64,000 bases of DNA from NCBI RefSeq assembly GCF_000485595.1, contig NW_014577092.1, positions 191,952 through 255,951 on the forward strand, written 5' to 3'. Below the pieces are notes generated by a model, which ran no database searches, was not told the origin of the DNA, and worked only from the letters and a program-made list of their open reading frames with translations. How positions within the stretch are numbered: the first letter of the stretch is position 1; each line of letters starts with the position of its first letter. Shown one piece after another: positions 53,866-64,000 of the stretch. A program made the translations under genes and the position numbers. The stretch comes from Priapulus caudatus. Its lineage: Eukaryota.

Positions 53866-53894
53866 GNNNNNNNNNNNNNNNNNNNNNNNNNGCC

Positions 53895-54342
53895 TGCTGC
53901 TGCTGCGTACTACTACTGCTGCTGTTGCTACTGGTGGTAGTGGCTCTGGCGGTGGCTGGTCGGTGGGTGAGAGGCAGTGGAAAGTAAGAGGAAATAGGGG
54001 AGGTGAGAGCCAGTGGGAGAATTGGGGAGGGCGAGAATGAGAGAAGGGAGAACGCCGAGAAGCGAATTGGAGAGGCGATGATAGAGAAGTGGACAAAAAC
54101 GCAGGAACAGCACGTGCTAGAGGAGCCGTTCAGACTTACGCAGTCCTCTTAATCTGATCAAGCGCTTCCCACCGTATCTCCCCAATACTTGAGCTTAATG
54201 GCTGTTACCCAACATTGCCAATATTGTGTTTAAGAAGCCTTAAGATTATTTTGCGTGATAAATATTGCACATAATACATGCTCTCCTCCCCTCTCGCTCT
54301 TTTCCTTCCCCCAATCACTCTCTCTCTCTCTCTTCTCTCTCT

Positions 54343-54395
<53 letters not shown>

Positions 54396-55612
54396 CTCTC
54401 TCGATCTCTCTCTCTCCGCGGTTCTCTCTCATTTTCCAGTGTACGGTTACATGGATGTCGCGGCGACATTTGTTATATATTCGCGTAGTTCGCTTAGAAA
54501 GAATCGCCCGCATACGCGAAGAAAATACGAACCCCTTGTTAGCTTAGGGATTTCACAGCATCGCAGCGTACGTGGGTAACGTAAAATCTAGTTAAACCAC
54601 GTCGAATGACTCGGCGCGCCTGTGGCCAGTATCAAAATTACTTTCTCGTTGAAATGTTATCCCGCGCGCTTTCAAATAGATAAAAAAGGCGCAGCGCACC
54701 AAAAAAAAACGTATTTGTCTCGACTTGAATGCATCTTGTTTGCGACTTAGCTGCAGCTGTCTAAACTTAAAATTTCCATTTGTCGAGTTAAAAGCGCGAG
54801 GCGGCCACCATTGTGCGTCACTGGTCGGCGCGCGGGCGATGCTGGTTGGTTCGTACAACGCGGAGGGCTTACGAGAAGCACGCCCGTGAAAACAGAAGAG
54901 GCTTTAGTCGCGCGCTGCGAAGTGCTGTTTGCGCGGCTCAAGATCCGCTTCAAGCGTGGCGCTGGCAAATTTCGCGCGCTGGTGAGCACGTGAAGGGGTT
55001 TTTCGATACCCCACGTGGAGCGAGCCGAGGAGAGAGAATGAGACACACACACACACTCACACACACACATACACACGCACGCACGCACGCACGCACACGC
55101 CACACACGCACACGCACACACGCACACACGCACACGCACACGCCACACGCACACGCTTCAAGCACAGCACACGCACACGCCACGCACACGCACCACGCAC
55201 ACGCACACACACACAGAAACACACACACGCACACAGGGGGGGGGGGGAGCTGTCCGCAATCCGTGCTGATTGTGTACCGCCTGAGTTCGCGAAAAGCGCG
55301 TTAAACTGTCAAAACTATGATTCTCTTAACTTCTGTGAAATATCTCCCGCTCTACCTATTCTGTTTGATGTTGATTGAGTGTCAGTAGCCCAGCCCGTAC
55401 ACTCCTTTAAAAGCGTGCAGACATTATGTCTTTCACTCTGTCTATATCTCTCGCATGCGGCCGCTCTCTTTCCATATATATATATATATTATGTGATGTG
55501 TGTGTGTGTTGTGTGTGTGCTGTGGGTGGTGTGTGTGTGTGTGTGGTTGTGTGTGGTGTGTGTGGTGTGTGTGTGTGTGTGTGTGTTGTGCTGTTGTGTG
55601 CGCGCGGTTATC
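53895..55612 (-). repeat. Inverted copy of block X (45680-46875 = 58567-59765) plus block Z (59860-60280)
   Basis: The ORF MYEPTSIARAPTSDAQWW... is at 46430 (+), 54858 (-) and 59312 (+). 53900-54320 is the reverse complement of ~59855-60275. Confidence 0.96.
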
Positions 55613-55779
55613 ATCAGGAACACGATGACAACACAGCTAAAATCAGCTGCTAGCTCGCCGTGAGCACACATTTATTTCTAGCACGCTGGAAACGCTACAC
55701 GCTGAATACAATTCGGTGCCTAATATCCCCAACAGCCCCCTGCGTTCCGTCATAGACAATAGAACACTAATCCGATAAT

Positions 55780-56065
55780 AAACTTGCGCCGAATACATGA
55801 GAACATTTGGGAAAACTGTGTGAAACCGTGTCGTATTCAAATTTTTTTTTGAAGAACACATACGATTTTCAGGTAAATTGGTGGTGTCATATAATTAAGG
55901 GAGAATCATAGACGAAAACAAGGTAAAGTTTGAATAATATATTTATTCACATATTGATCGAATATTTTTTTATGAACTTTCACATATCATCGAAGTTGAA
56001 AACTATGCAAAACGCTGTTAAAACGGTGTCATGCTCTTCTCTATTATGAGCTCTTGATATATATA
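55780..56065 (+). repeat. Direct copy of ~48425-48700
   Basis: Shared GACGAAAACAAGGTAAAGTTTGAATA, AACTATGCAAAAC and CTCTTGAT anchors. Confidence 0.85.
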
Positions 56066-57119
56066 TATATATATACAAAGAGAGAGGGGTAAAGAGAAAT
56101 AGATTTTGATATTCATTCAAACTAACAAATTTTTTGCGACCATCCGGTCTTGGTCACATTTCACGTATACATGTGTCCGTACGTGCGTGTGTGCATGCGT
56201 GCGTGCGTGCGGGCGCGTGTGCGTGTGTGAGAATGTGTGCATAGTTTTATATATTTGTATGCGCGCATGCGTATACTTGCGTGCGGGCGTCTGCATATGA
56301 GTGTGCCTGCACGCGTGCTAGCGTGTATATAAGTTTGCGCAAGTTTGTGCGTATACGTATGTACGCGTATGCGTGTGAATGTGCGTGTGTATATTATGTG
56401 AGTGTGTGCATACGTGCGAGCGTGCGGGCGGGCGGGCATGCGTGCGGGCGTGCTGATATATAGGTGTGTGCACGTGTGCGTGCGTGTGTGCTGGTATAGA
56501 GGCTTATGCACGTTTGCGTGCGTGCGTGGGCGCATGCGTTCGTGCGTGCTGGTTTATAGGTTTGTGCATGCGTGCGTCCGCGCGCGCCTATACGCGTATG
56601 CAGACGCGCGCTGGTTGCACTCCTTGAGTGCATGAGCCTCGCGAGGGCAGTTGTTGAAGTAGGTTGTAGAACATCGTGGTATTTATTATAGACTCGCTGC
56701 AGCTATATACGCGTGCGTGAGAGAGGCGCCGGTTCCCGTGAGACTGACTCGCACCGCCAGTTCTAAAACTGTAAGAATCTATACAGCCGCCATAACTACA
56801 TGTACCTCGCGTTCAAATCCTGCGCGCCGGATTTTACCGTCTACAACTTTCAGCAAAGCCGAATTAAGCACACTTGGTTTACGTTCGGCGGCGACCATAA
56901 CTTAACAGCAGTGAGGGAAGGAAAGGATAGGGGAGGAGAGAGGGGAGGCGAGGCGAAAGGGCTGAGGGAAACGAAGAAAGTGGAGAGAGGGAGAAGGGAA
57001 AGGGAAGAAGTGAGACAGGCGGAAGTGGAGAGGGGATAGAGAGGAGACGAGGGAGAGACGAGGAAGGGTGAGAAGAAATATGTAAATTTAAAAAAACGGA
57101 AATGAGAAGAGGAATGTCT

Positions 57120-58649
57120 AGGAGGAGGAGGAGGAGGAGGAGGAGGCGAGGAGGAGGAGGAGGGACGGGGCTTGAATGGCGGGTCGGGCGGTGGGGAGCA
57201 CGCCGTGCCTAGATCGGTGAGCTGTCTTAGCACGGAGATCAGAGCAGCGAAACTTAACTCGCCGTCGCGTCATTCTTTGCTTCGCAGCGGGATGCACGAC
57301 AACGCCAATTACCTCCAAGCCTATAGCACTAATCCCGCGACACTACACTCTAAAAAAATTGCCTCGCGTCATATAAAATTACTGCTGGGTAATGCTAATG
57401 CCTCCATGCTGCTGGCCGGCCCGCTGGCGCTGGCGCGTGGAGTGTAGGCAAGTTGGTGTGGTACACACGTAATGGAACTACGAGTGAAACTATGAGTGTG
57501 TCGTACACGCACGCGCAGCGAAGTAACTATTTTGTATCGACATAACATGTAAAGAGCCGCAGAAATTAGCTGGCCGACATATAAAACAAAAATAGAATTC
57601 TCCCTTATATATATATTATAGATATATATATATATATATAGGAGCATAAGCATAAATACATAACATCAGATGAACACGACAAATATAACATATATTATGA
57701 TACCAAAATAGATGGGTGTAGCATCAACAATCGGACGAAGATAACGGGGCGTTATATTCTACGGAAACCGCCTGAACTTATACAAATGTCTTCGATAAAG
57801 GTTTAGTTTACGCGTTAGACCATGTTATCCAGCGATCCGATTGGCTTCGAGGAATCATCTCAAACAATCTTGTTTGGATTACGGACGCGAATCGCGTGTC
57901 ACCGCATGTACGTACAAATCAAGCGCGAGTGGGAAAAACACGCCACCACCCCGAAATCGAACGTTTTATAGACTATATAGCGGCGGATATTTAAGCGCGC
58001 CACCCCTCCGGAGAATCTGCGCCAAACGCTGATCGCATCTCATAAACAACGTTGTTTATTGCGGGCCCGCATCCGTCGCTCTCTACACGGGACTAGCAAT
58101 GCAACTTGTTAATGCACTTCACACACTGTCGGACGCGGGGAGTGAGACGAAGGCGCGGGGCTGGAGTGCGCATCACGTCCGATCCGTTACCGACTTGAAA
58201 ATATCAAACGCAGACGAAAGCAAAGCAAAGCTGACAGCTTGTAAACGTCGAAAGACTTAAGATCAACTCGACGCCACACGTTGGCTACCGCGCCGAGAGA
58301 GAGAGAGAGGGGAGGGAGGGAAGAGGGGAGGGAAGAGGAGAAAAGAGTGGGCGAATGAGGGAGGAAACGATAGAGAGGCGGATAGAGCGGGTTGCGAAAG
58401 AGTGCGCGCGCGCGAGAGAGATGTTAAAGGAGAGGAGAGCGCGCGACGCAGATGACAGAGAGATATAGAAAGAGAAACAGATAGAGAAGAAGGGCTCAAA
58501 ACAGCTCATGAAAGAGGGACCCACACACACACACCGCACACGCACGACGCAAACGCACACGCACTACGCGCGCACACAACACACAACACACACACACACA
58601 CACACACCAGCACACACACACACACACCACACACACACACACCCCACCT

Positions 58650-58697
<48 letters not shown>

Positions 58698-59765
58698 GGA
58701 AAGAGAGCGCGCGCATGCGAGAGATATAGACAGAGTGAAAGACATAATGTCTGCACGCTTTTAAAGGAGTGTACGGGCTGGGCTACTGACACTCAAATCA
58801 ACTCAAACAGAATAGGTGAGAGCGGGAGATATTTCACAGAAGTTAAGAGAATCATAGGTTTTGACAGTTTAACGGCTTTTCGCGAACTCAGGCGGTACAC
58901 AATCAGCACGGATTGCGGACAGCTCCCCCCCCCCCTGTGTGCGTGTGTGTGTTTCTGTGTGTGTGTGGCGTGTGCGTGTGCGTGTGCGTGGCGGTGCGTG
59001 TGCTGTGCTGAGCGTGTGCGTGTGCGTGTGCGTGTGCGTGTGTGCGTGTGTGCGTGTGCGTGTGTGGCGTGTGCGTGCGTGCGTGCGTGCGTGTGTATGT
59101 GTGTGTGTGAGTGTGTGTGTGTGTCTCATTCTCTTCTCCTCGGCTCGCTCCACGTGGGGTATCGAAAAACCGCCTTCACGTGCTCACACAGCGCGCCGAA
59201 ATTTGCCAGCGCCAGCTTGAAGCGGATCTTGAGCCGCGCAAACAGCACTTCGCAGCGCGCGACTAAAGCCTCTTCTGTTTTCACGCGCGTGCTTCTCGTA
59301 AGCCCTCCGCGTTGTACGAACCAACCAGCATCGCCCGCGCGCCGACCAGTGACGCACAATGGTGGCCGCCTCGCGCTTTTAACTCGACAAATGGAAATTT
59401 TAAGTTTAGACAGCTGCAGCTAAGTCGCAAACAAGATGCATTCAAGTCGAGACAAATACGTTTTTTTTTGGTGCGCTGCGCCTTTTTTATCTATTTGAAA
59501 GCGCGCGGGATAACATTTCAACGGAGAAGTAATTTTGATACTGGCCACAGGCGCGCCGAGTCATTCGACGTGGTTAACTAGATTTTACGTTACCCACGTA
59601 CGCTGCGAATGCTGTGAATTCCCTAAGCTAACAAGGGGTTCGTATTTTCTTCGCGTATGCGGGCGATTCTTTCTAAGCGAACTACGCGAATATATAACAA
59701 ATGTCGCCGCGACATCCATGTAACCGTACACTGGAAAATGAGAGAGAACCAGAGCGGAGAAGAGA
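57120..59765 (+). repeat. Direct copies of block Y (46905-48320) and block X (45680-46875), in swapped order
   Basis: 57165 onward matches 46928 onward (GGGGCTTGAATGGCGGGTCGG), and 58690 onward matches 45805 onward (ATGGAAAGAGAGCGCG). Confidence 0.96.
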
Positions 59766-59778
59766 GAGATCGAGAGAG

Positions 59779-59861
<83 letters not shown>

Positions 59862-60281
59862 TTGGGGGAAGGAAAGAGAGCGAGAGGGGAGGAGAGCATG
59901 TATGTATGTGCACATATTTATCACGCAAATAATCTCTAAGGCTTCTTAACACAATATTGGCAATGTTGGGTAACAGCCATTAAGCTCAAGTATTGGGGAG
60001 ATACGGTGGGGAAGCGCTTGATCAATTAAGAGACTGCGTGAATCTGAACGGCTCCTCTAGCACGTGCTGTTCCTGCGTTTTTGTCCACTTCTCTATCATC
60101 GCCTCTCCAATTCGCTTCTCGGCGTTCTCCCTTCTCTCATTCTCCCCTCCCCATTCTCCCACTGGCTCTCACCTCCCTATTTCCTCTTACCTTTCCACTG
60201 CCTCTCACCACCACCACCGCCACCGCCAGAGCCACTACCACCAGTAGCAACAGCAGCAGTAGTAGTACCAGCAGCAGCAGC

Positions 60282-60315
<34 letters not shown>

Positions 60316-60599
60316 GTATCATCATCATCATCAGCAGCAGCAGCAGTAGCAGCAACAGCGCGCCGCATAATCACTTACGCGATCCGACACAGCCACGGTA
60401 TTTATCCGTGTGCAAAGTGGTTAATTTATCCCCGCACGGAGATGCCACTGTGTCGTTATCAATGGCTCTTCACGGCCGACGTCGAGGAGCAATTAGCTGT
60501 TTTGGCGGCGTCGCGGCATTGTGCGCGTCTGCCACGCGAGGCGTAGCAGCTGATCTCTGCTGCCAGCACCGGTCTTCGTCGCTGCGAGCACGTCCGCCG

Positions 60600-60761
60600 C
60601 GAGCGAGAGAGAGGGAGATAGAGAGAGAAAGAGAAAGAGAGAAAGATAAGAAAGAAGAGGGTGGAAGAGAACGAGAGACAGACAGAGAGAAGGAGAAAGA
60701 GAGAGAAAGAATGAGAGAGAGAGACTGGAGAAAGAGGCGAGTGGAAGAGAACGAGAGATAG

Positions 60762-60806
<45 letters not shown>

Positions 60807-61784
60807 GAAGAAAGAGAAGAAAGAACGGGTTCGCCCACGGGTGTAAGATGTTAAGAAAACTGATGAGACAGCAGAGAGAGATAGAGAGAAGGGAGAGAGA
60901 GAAGAAAGAAAGCGAGGTATAAGAAAACGAGAGACAGATAGAGACGAGAGGAGAGAGGAGAGGGACGAGAGAGGAGAAGAAAGAAGCGGGGGGGTTGTAG
61001 AGAACGAGAGGACGACAAGAGAAGAGAGAGAGAGGAATGAGAAGGAAAGAAGCGGGTGTAGCAAGAACGCAGAGGCAGCCAGAGAGAGAGAGAGATGAAA
61101 ATACACGGGTGGAGGAACGAGGACGACAGAGAGAGAGAGAGAGAGAGAGAGGATCGAAGCCGAGAGGGGAGGGAGGAGATGAGCGGCGGGAGAGGCGGCG
61201 CCGCACGAGAGAGAGAGAAAGAAGGAGAGAGAGACAATGAAAGAAGCGGGGGTGGTGTGCTGCGGTTGTGTGGTGTAGGGGAAACGAGAGAAGGCAGGCC
61301 AGAGAGAGAGATGAAAATGACGGGTGTTGGAGAGAAACGAGAGAACAGACAGATGAGCAGAGAGAGATAAGAGAATAAAAGAAGCGGCGTGGTAAGTAAA
61401 CGAGGAGACAGACAGTAAGAGAGACAAGAGAGGACAGAGCAGAGAGAAAGAGAGAGAGAGAGAGCTTACGAAACGAGAGAAGTAGAGGAGGAGAGCGAGG
61501 AAGAGGAGAGAAGGAGGCGTGAGGGGAGAGGGAGAGAGATGAGAGAGAGGAAAAACGGGGAGAGGACGAGGAGGGGTAGAGAATAAGAAAGAACCCGATC
61601 AGTGGTAAAGAGATACGAGCTGACAGGCATGACGAGAGAGAGAGAGAGGAGGAAGAGCGACCGGAAGAGAGAGGAGAGGAGAGAGAGAGGACGAGAGAGA
61701 GACGAAAGAGAGAAAGAGACGAGAGGAGACGAGAGGAGACCGAGAGGAGAGAGAGCGAGAGAGAAGAGAGAGAGAGGAGGAGAT

Positions 61785-61825
<41 letters not shown>

Positions 61826-61980
61826 GTGGGCGAGAAGAAAGACAGGGGAGGAATGAGAGTGTGAGCGCGTGCAAGAGAGAGACAGGGGGTGAGTGCGAGA
61901 GAGTGAGCGCGAGAAAGAGAGCCAGGGAGAAAGAGTCAGACAGAGCGAAACACGGATAGAAAGAGAGACAGAGAGAGAGA
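60600..61980. repeat. ~1.4-kb degenerate polypurine (GA-rich) tract
   Basis: Almost pure A/G with scattered interruptions; probably partly read noise over (GA)n. Confidence 0.9.
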
Positions 61981-62424
61981 TTGAAAATGCGTTCACACTA
62001 ACGTGGTCGTACATGTTGCTGTTCACTTGTTATTGCTGCGCTACACTCAAGGCGCTCTTGGCTATGTCGAATACGTATCGCTAAACAAAAACTGTATACC
62101 ATATTCGATATTGCCGTACACAGAACAGGGTGACCATTTAACATACAAGGCGCTCTAGAGTTTGTCCACGCGCGACGTGCCTAAACAAAAGGTGGTGTGT
62201 GGTGTGGGTGTGTGCTTCGCATGCGACAAGGCTTGCTTATGTACAGAACCGGGCCGGAATTACCATTAGGCATGGTTTGTCGAGCTCTGAATGCGTGCAG
62301 CATCAACGCTGAATGCGCACGCGAGCCAAAATCTTTCACTGGCATTCTACGCCAATTTATCGCGCGCCAATTTAGCGGCGAGCCCGGCAATGTTTTGTCC
62401 GGATAAAGAAGAGACTGTTACGAC

Positions 62425-62553
62425 TCAACACGATATTGCACTTAAGCGCAACAAAGATGTGATTCGAAGGAGGAGCGACTGAATAGACCCGTGTGCCCCC
62501 GGTCTGATTTCGTGCTTATCTCTCGCTGCCTCCATACTTAACAACAACTTTGC
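62425..62553 (-). CDS. Candidate terminal exon AKLLLSMEAARDKHEIRPGAHGSIQSLLLRITSLLRLSAISC*
   Basis: Acceptor GTTAACGTGTTTCGACAG|GCA. Open in phase 0, which fits the exon at 63435-63509. Confidence 0.3.
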   Translation of the reverse strand, partial: AKLLLSMEAARDKHEIRPGAHGSIQSLLLRITSLLRLSAISC

Positions 62554-63148
62554 CTGTCGAAACACGTTAACGTTTGTACATATTCTCCAGTGTTTTTGCC
62601 GAATGGCCCAGACTAGAAGATCTAAGACTCTCATTTCACAAAATAAATGCCGTATACATCGACCCTCGCCGCGTGTTGACGCGCGAGTTTCTTTTAAGAA
62701 AACTGACCGCGTGGCAGTTTCACCTGTTATCTATAGGCCCCTACCAGAGAAAATGCTTATTTAGCATGTCAATCCTTTGATGTACAAGATGCATTGAGAT
62801 ATTATTTCAGTGGAAAACGACCATTGTTCGGAAATTCGCTATGACAAAGTCTAACAATTTATAATTCGACATATTACAGGCTAACATAACGTTTAGTTAG
62901 CAGAACACTTTCTATCGCAACCGATTGTTCTATATCATTCACTATGTATAGCACGCAGCAATACACTCCTCAGTAGACATTAATTTAACATTGAAAGAAG
63001 TTCACTTTAATAAGTAGAGTAGAACATCAGAAAACACCCTAAGTAAATTAGGCTACACCGATTCGTGACGTTCCTTTTATGTTTGACATTTGCTACTATC
63101 ATCTATTTTCCTGCAGTGCGGCATAATCCTTTGTAGTGCCGATCCACG

Positions 63149-63260
63149 TATGCAGTGATAAATTTATGCAGTGATAAATGAATATAGTGATGAATGTATG
63201 TATTGATAAATGTATATAGTGGCAAATTCATAAATTATAGTGATAAATGTATATAGTGAC
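63149..63260. repeat. Degenerate 16-bp minisatellite (TATAGTGATAAATGTA-like), ~7 units
   Basis: Repeated AGTGATAAAT core at ~16-bp spacing. Confidence 0.85.
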
Positions 63261-63434
63261 GCAGATCATGACAAGAATGATCGTGTATTAATTGTGCGCA
63301 TGCCCGTACCATAAACATAAGATCGGAATTCGAGCTATGCTGCCATCCTCGTTTTACAACACGTTACCCTCTCCGTATGCGAACTGATACGCACCATTGT
63401 GCTATAGATGCGAAGAATCTGACAGATGACCTAC

Positions 63435-63509
63435 CTGAGACTTGGGACATAGCAGGTCTATCTCCAACAGCATACTCTTGCGCTTCTCCATGTTAACTAG
63501 AACCGGCAC
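63435..63509 (-). CDS. Candidate 75-nt internal exon VPVLVNMEKRKSMLLEIDLLCPKSQ (phase 0-0)
   Basis: Acceptor TTTGTATAATATTGCAG|GTG and donor CAG|GTAGGT. Length is a multiple of 3 and only frame 0 is stop-free. The protein is not recognised. Confidence 0.5.
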
Positions 63510-63621
63510 CTGCAATATTATACAAAGACCACACAACGTGAGAACCTACATCTGATACAATTCATCAACGCGGCCATTGATTAACAACAAAGGTATCTCG
63601 ATGTTAAAACACAAACCTTAC

Positions 63622-63711
63622 TACAATACATGCCTTTACACGCAGATAATTTGTCACGTAAGCAATCCTTACATTGTTAGTATAGTTGTTTCTCTCAATT
63701 GTGTTACAAGG
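63622..63711 (-). CDS. Weak candidate upstream exon PCNTIERNNYTNN(VRIAYVTNYLRVKACIV)
   Basis: Acceptor TTGTTTGTCGCTGTGTCAG|, with two in-phase GTAAGG donors after 63673 and 63622. Confidence 0.2.
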
Positions 63712-64000
63712 CTGACACAGCGACAAACAATATGATAGCCACTCCCATGTGACTAAAATCGTACGGACTTAAATATATGATTAAATAAAAAATATAGTAA
63801 AGCATTAGTAAAAGTATAGCATTAAAGTAAAATACGATTCGAGTAGAATGAGAAATCGGTTCCGATATGCAATGTTCGCGCAAATATTCGAAAGCAAAAC
63901 TTTGCGGCGGCAGCGGCGAAGGCTAATATCTCTCATTAAGCCTCGTACAAATGCCTGCCACGTGTCTAATTATCGAAGAATCCCCACCGAGCCGACTATA

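Noticed and set aside
63550..63605. Minus-strand IEIPLLLINGRVDELYQ resembling an alpha/beta-hydrolase motif
   Set aside because: It is bounded by stops, has only a weak GAG acceptor, and would need a 40-nt intron in an incompatible phase.

Overview
This is eukaryotic, almost certainly invertebrate animal, genomic DNA from a draft scaffold. It has five N-gaps, no visible CpG depletion and very dense microsatellites, and it is mostly intronic or intergenic. Nearly all ORFs in the supplied track are translations of simple repeats. Supported content: (1) a 5'-truncated, decayed non-LTR retrotransposon (RTE/RTE-X-like RT plus C-terminal CCHC) on the minus strand at ~1.8-3.65 kb, with a 3' stem-loop and (CATA)n tail; (2) non-autonomous DNA elements, including a TTAA-flanked Kolobok-type MITE at 13152-13670, a CAG...CTG MITE with a 5-bp flanking duplication at 25874-26143 and a foldback element at 29550-29996; (3) a good candidate first coding exon of a minus-strand secreted or surface glycoprotein at 11769-11913, with weaker downstream exon candidates; (4) candidate exons of a second minus-strand gene at 62.4-63.7 kb; (5) 10-, 16- and 21-bp minisatellites. 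Much of the window (5.2-6.6, 19.6-20, 32.3-39.5 and 44-60 kb) consists of direct or inverted copies of other parts of the window. These copies mostly differ by single-base indels and join at microsatellites or N-gaps, which points to uncorrected long reads used for gap filling rather than biology. I found no CRISPR array, rRNA or tRNA gene, and no convincing new biological system. The best leads are the unannotated exons and the MITE structures.
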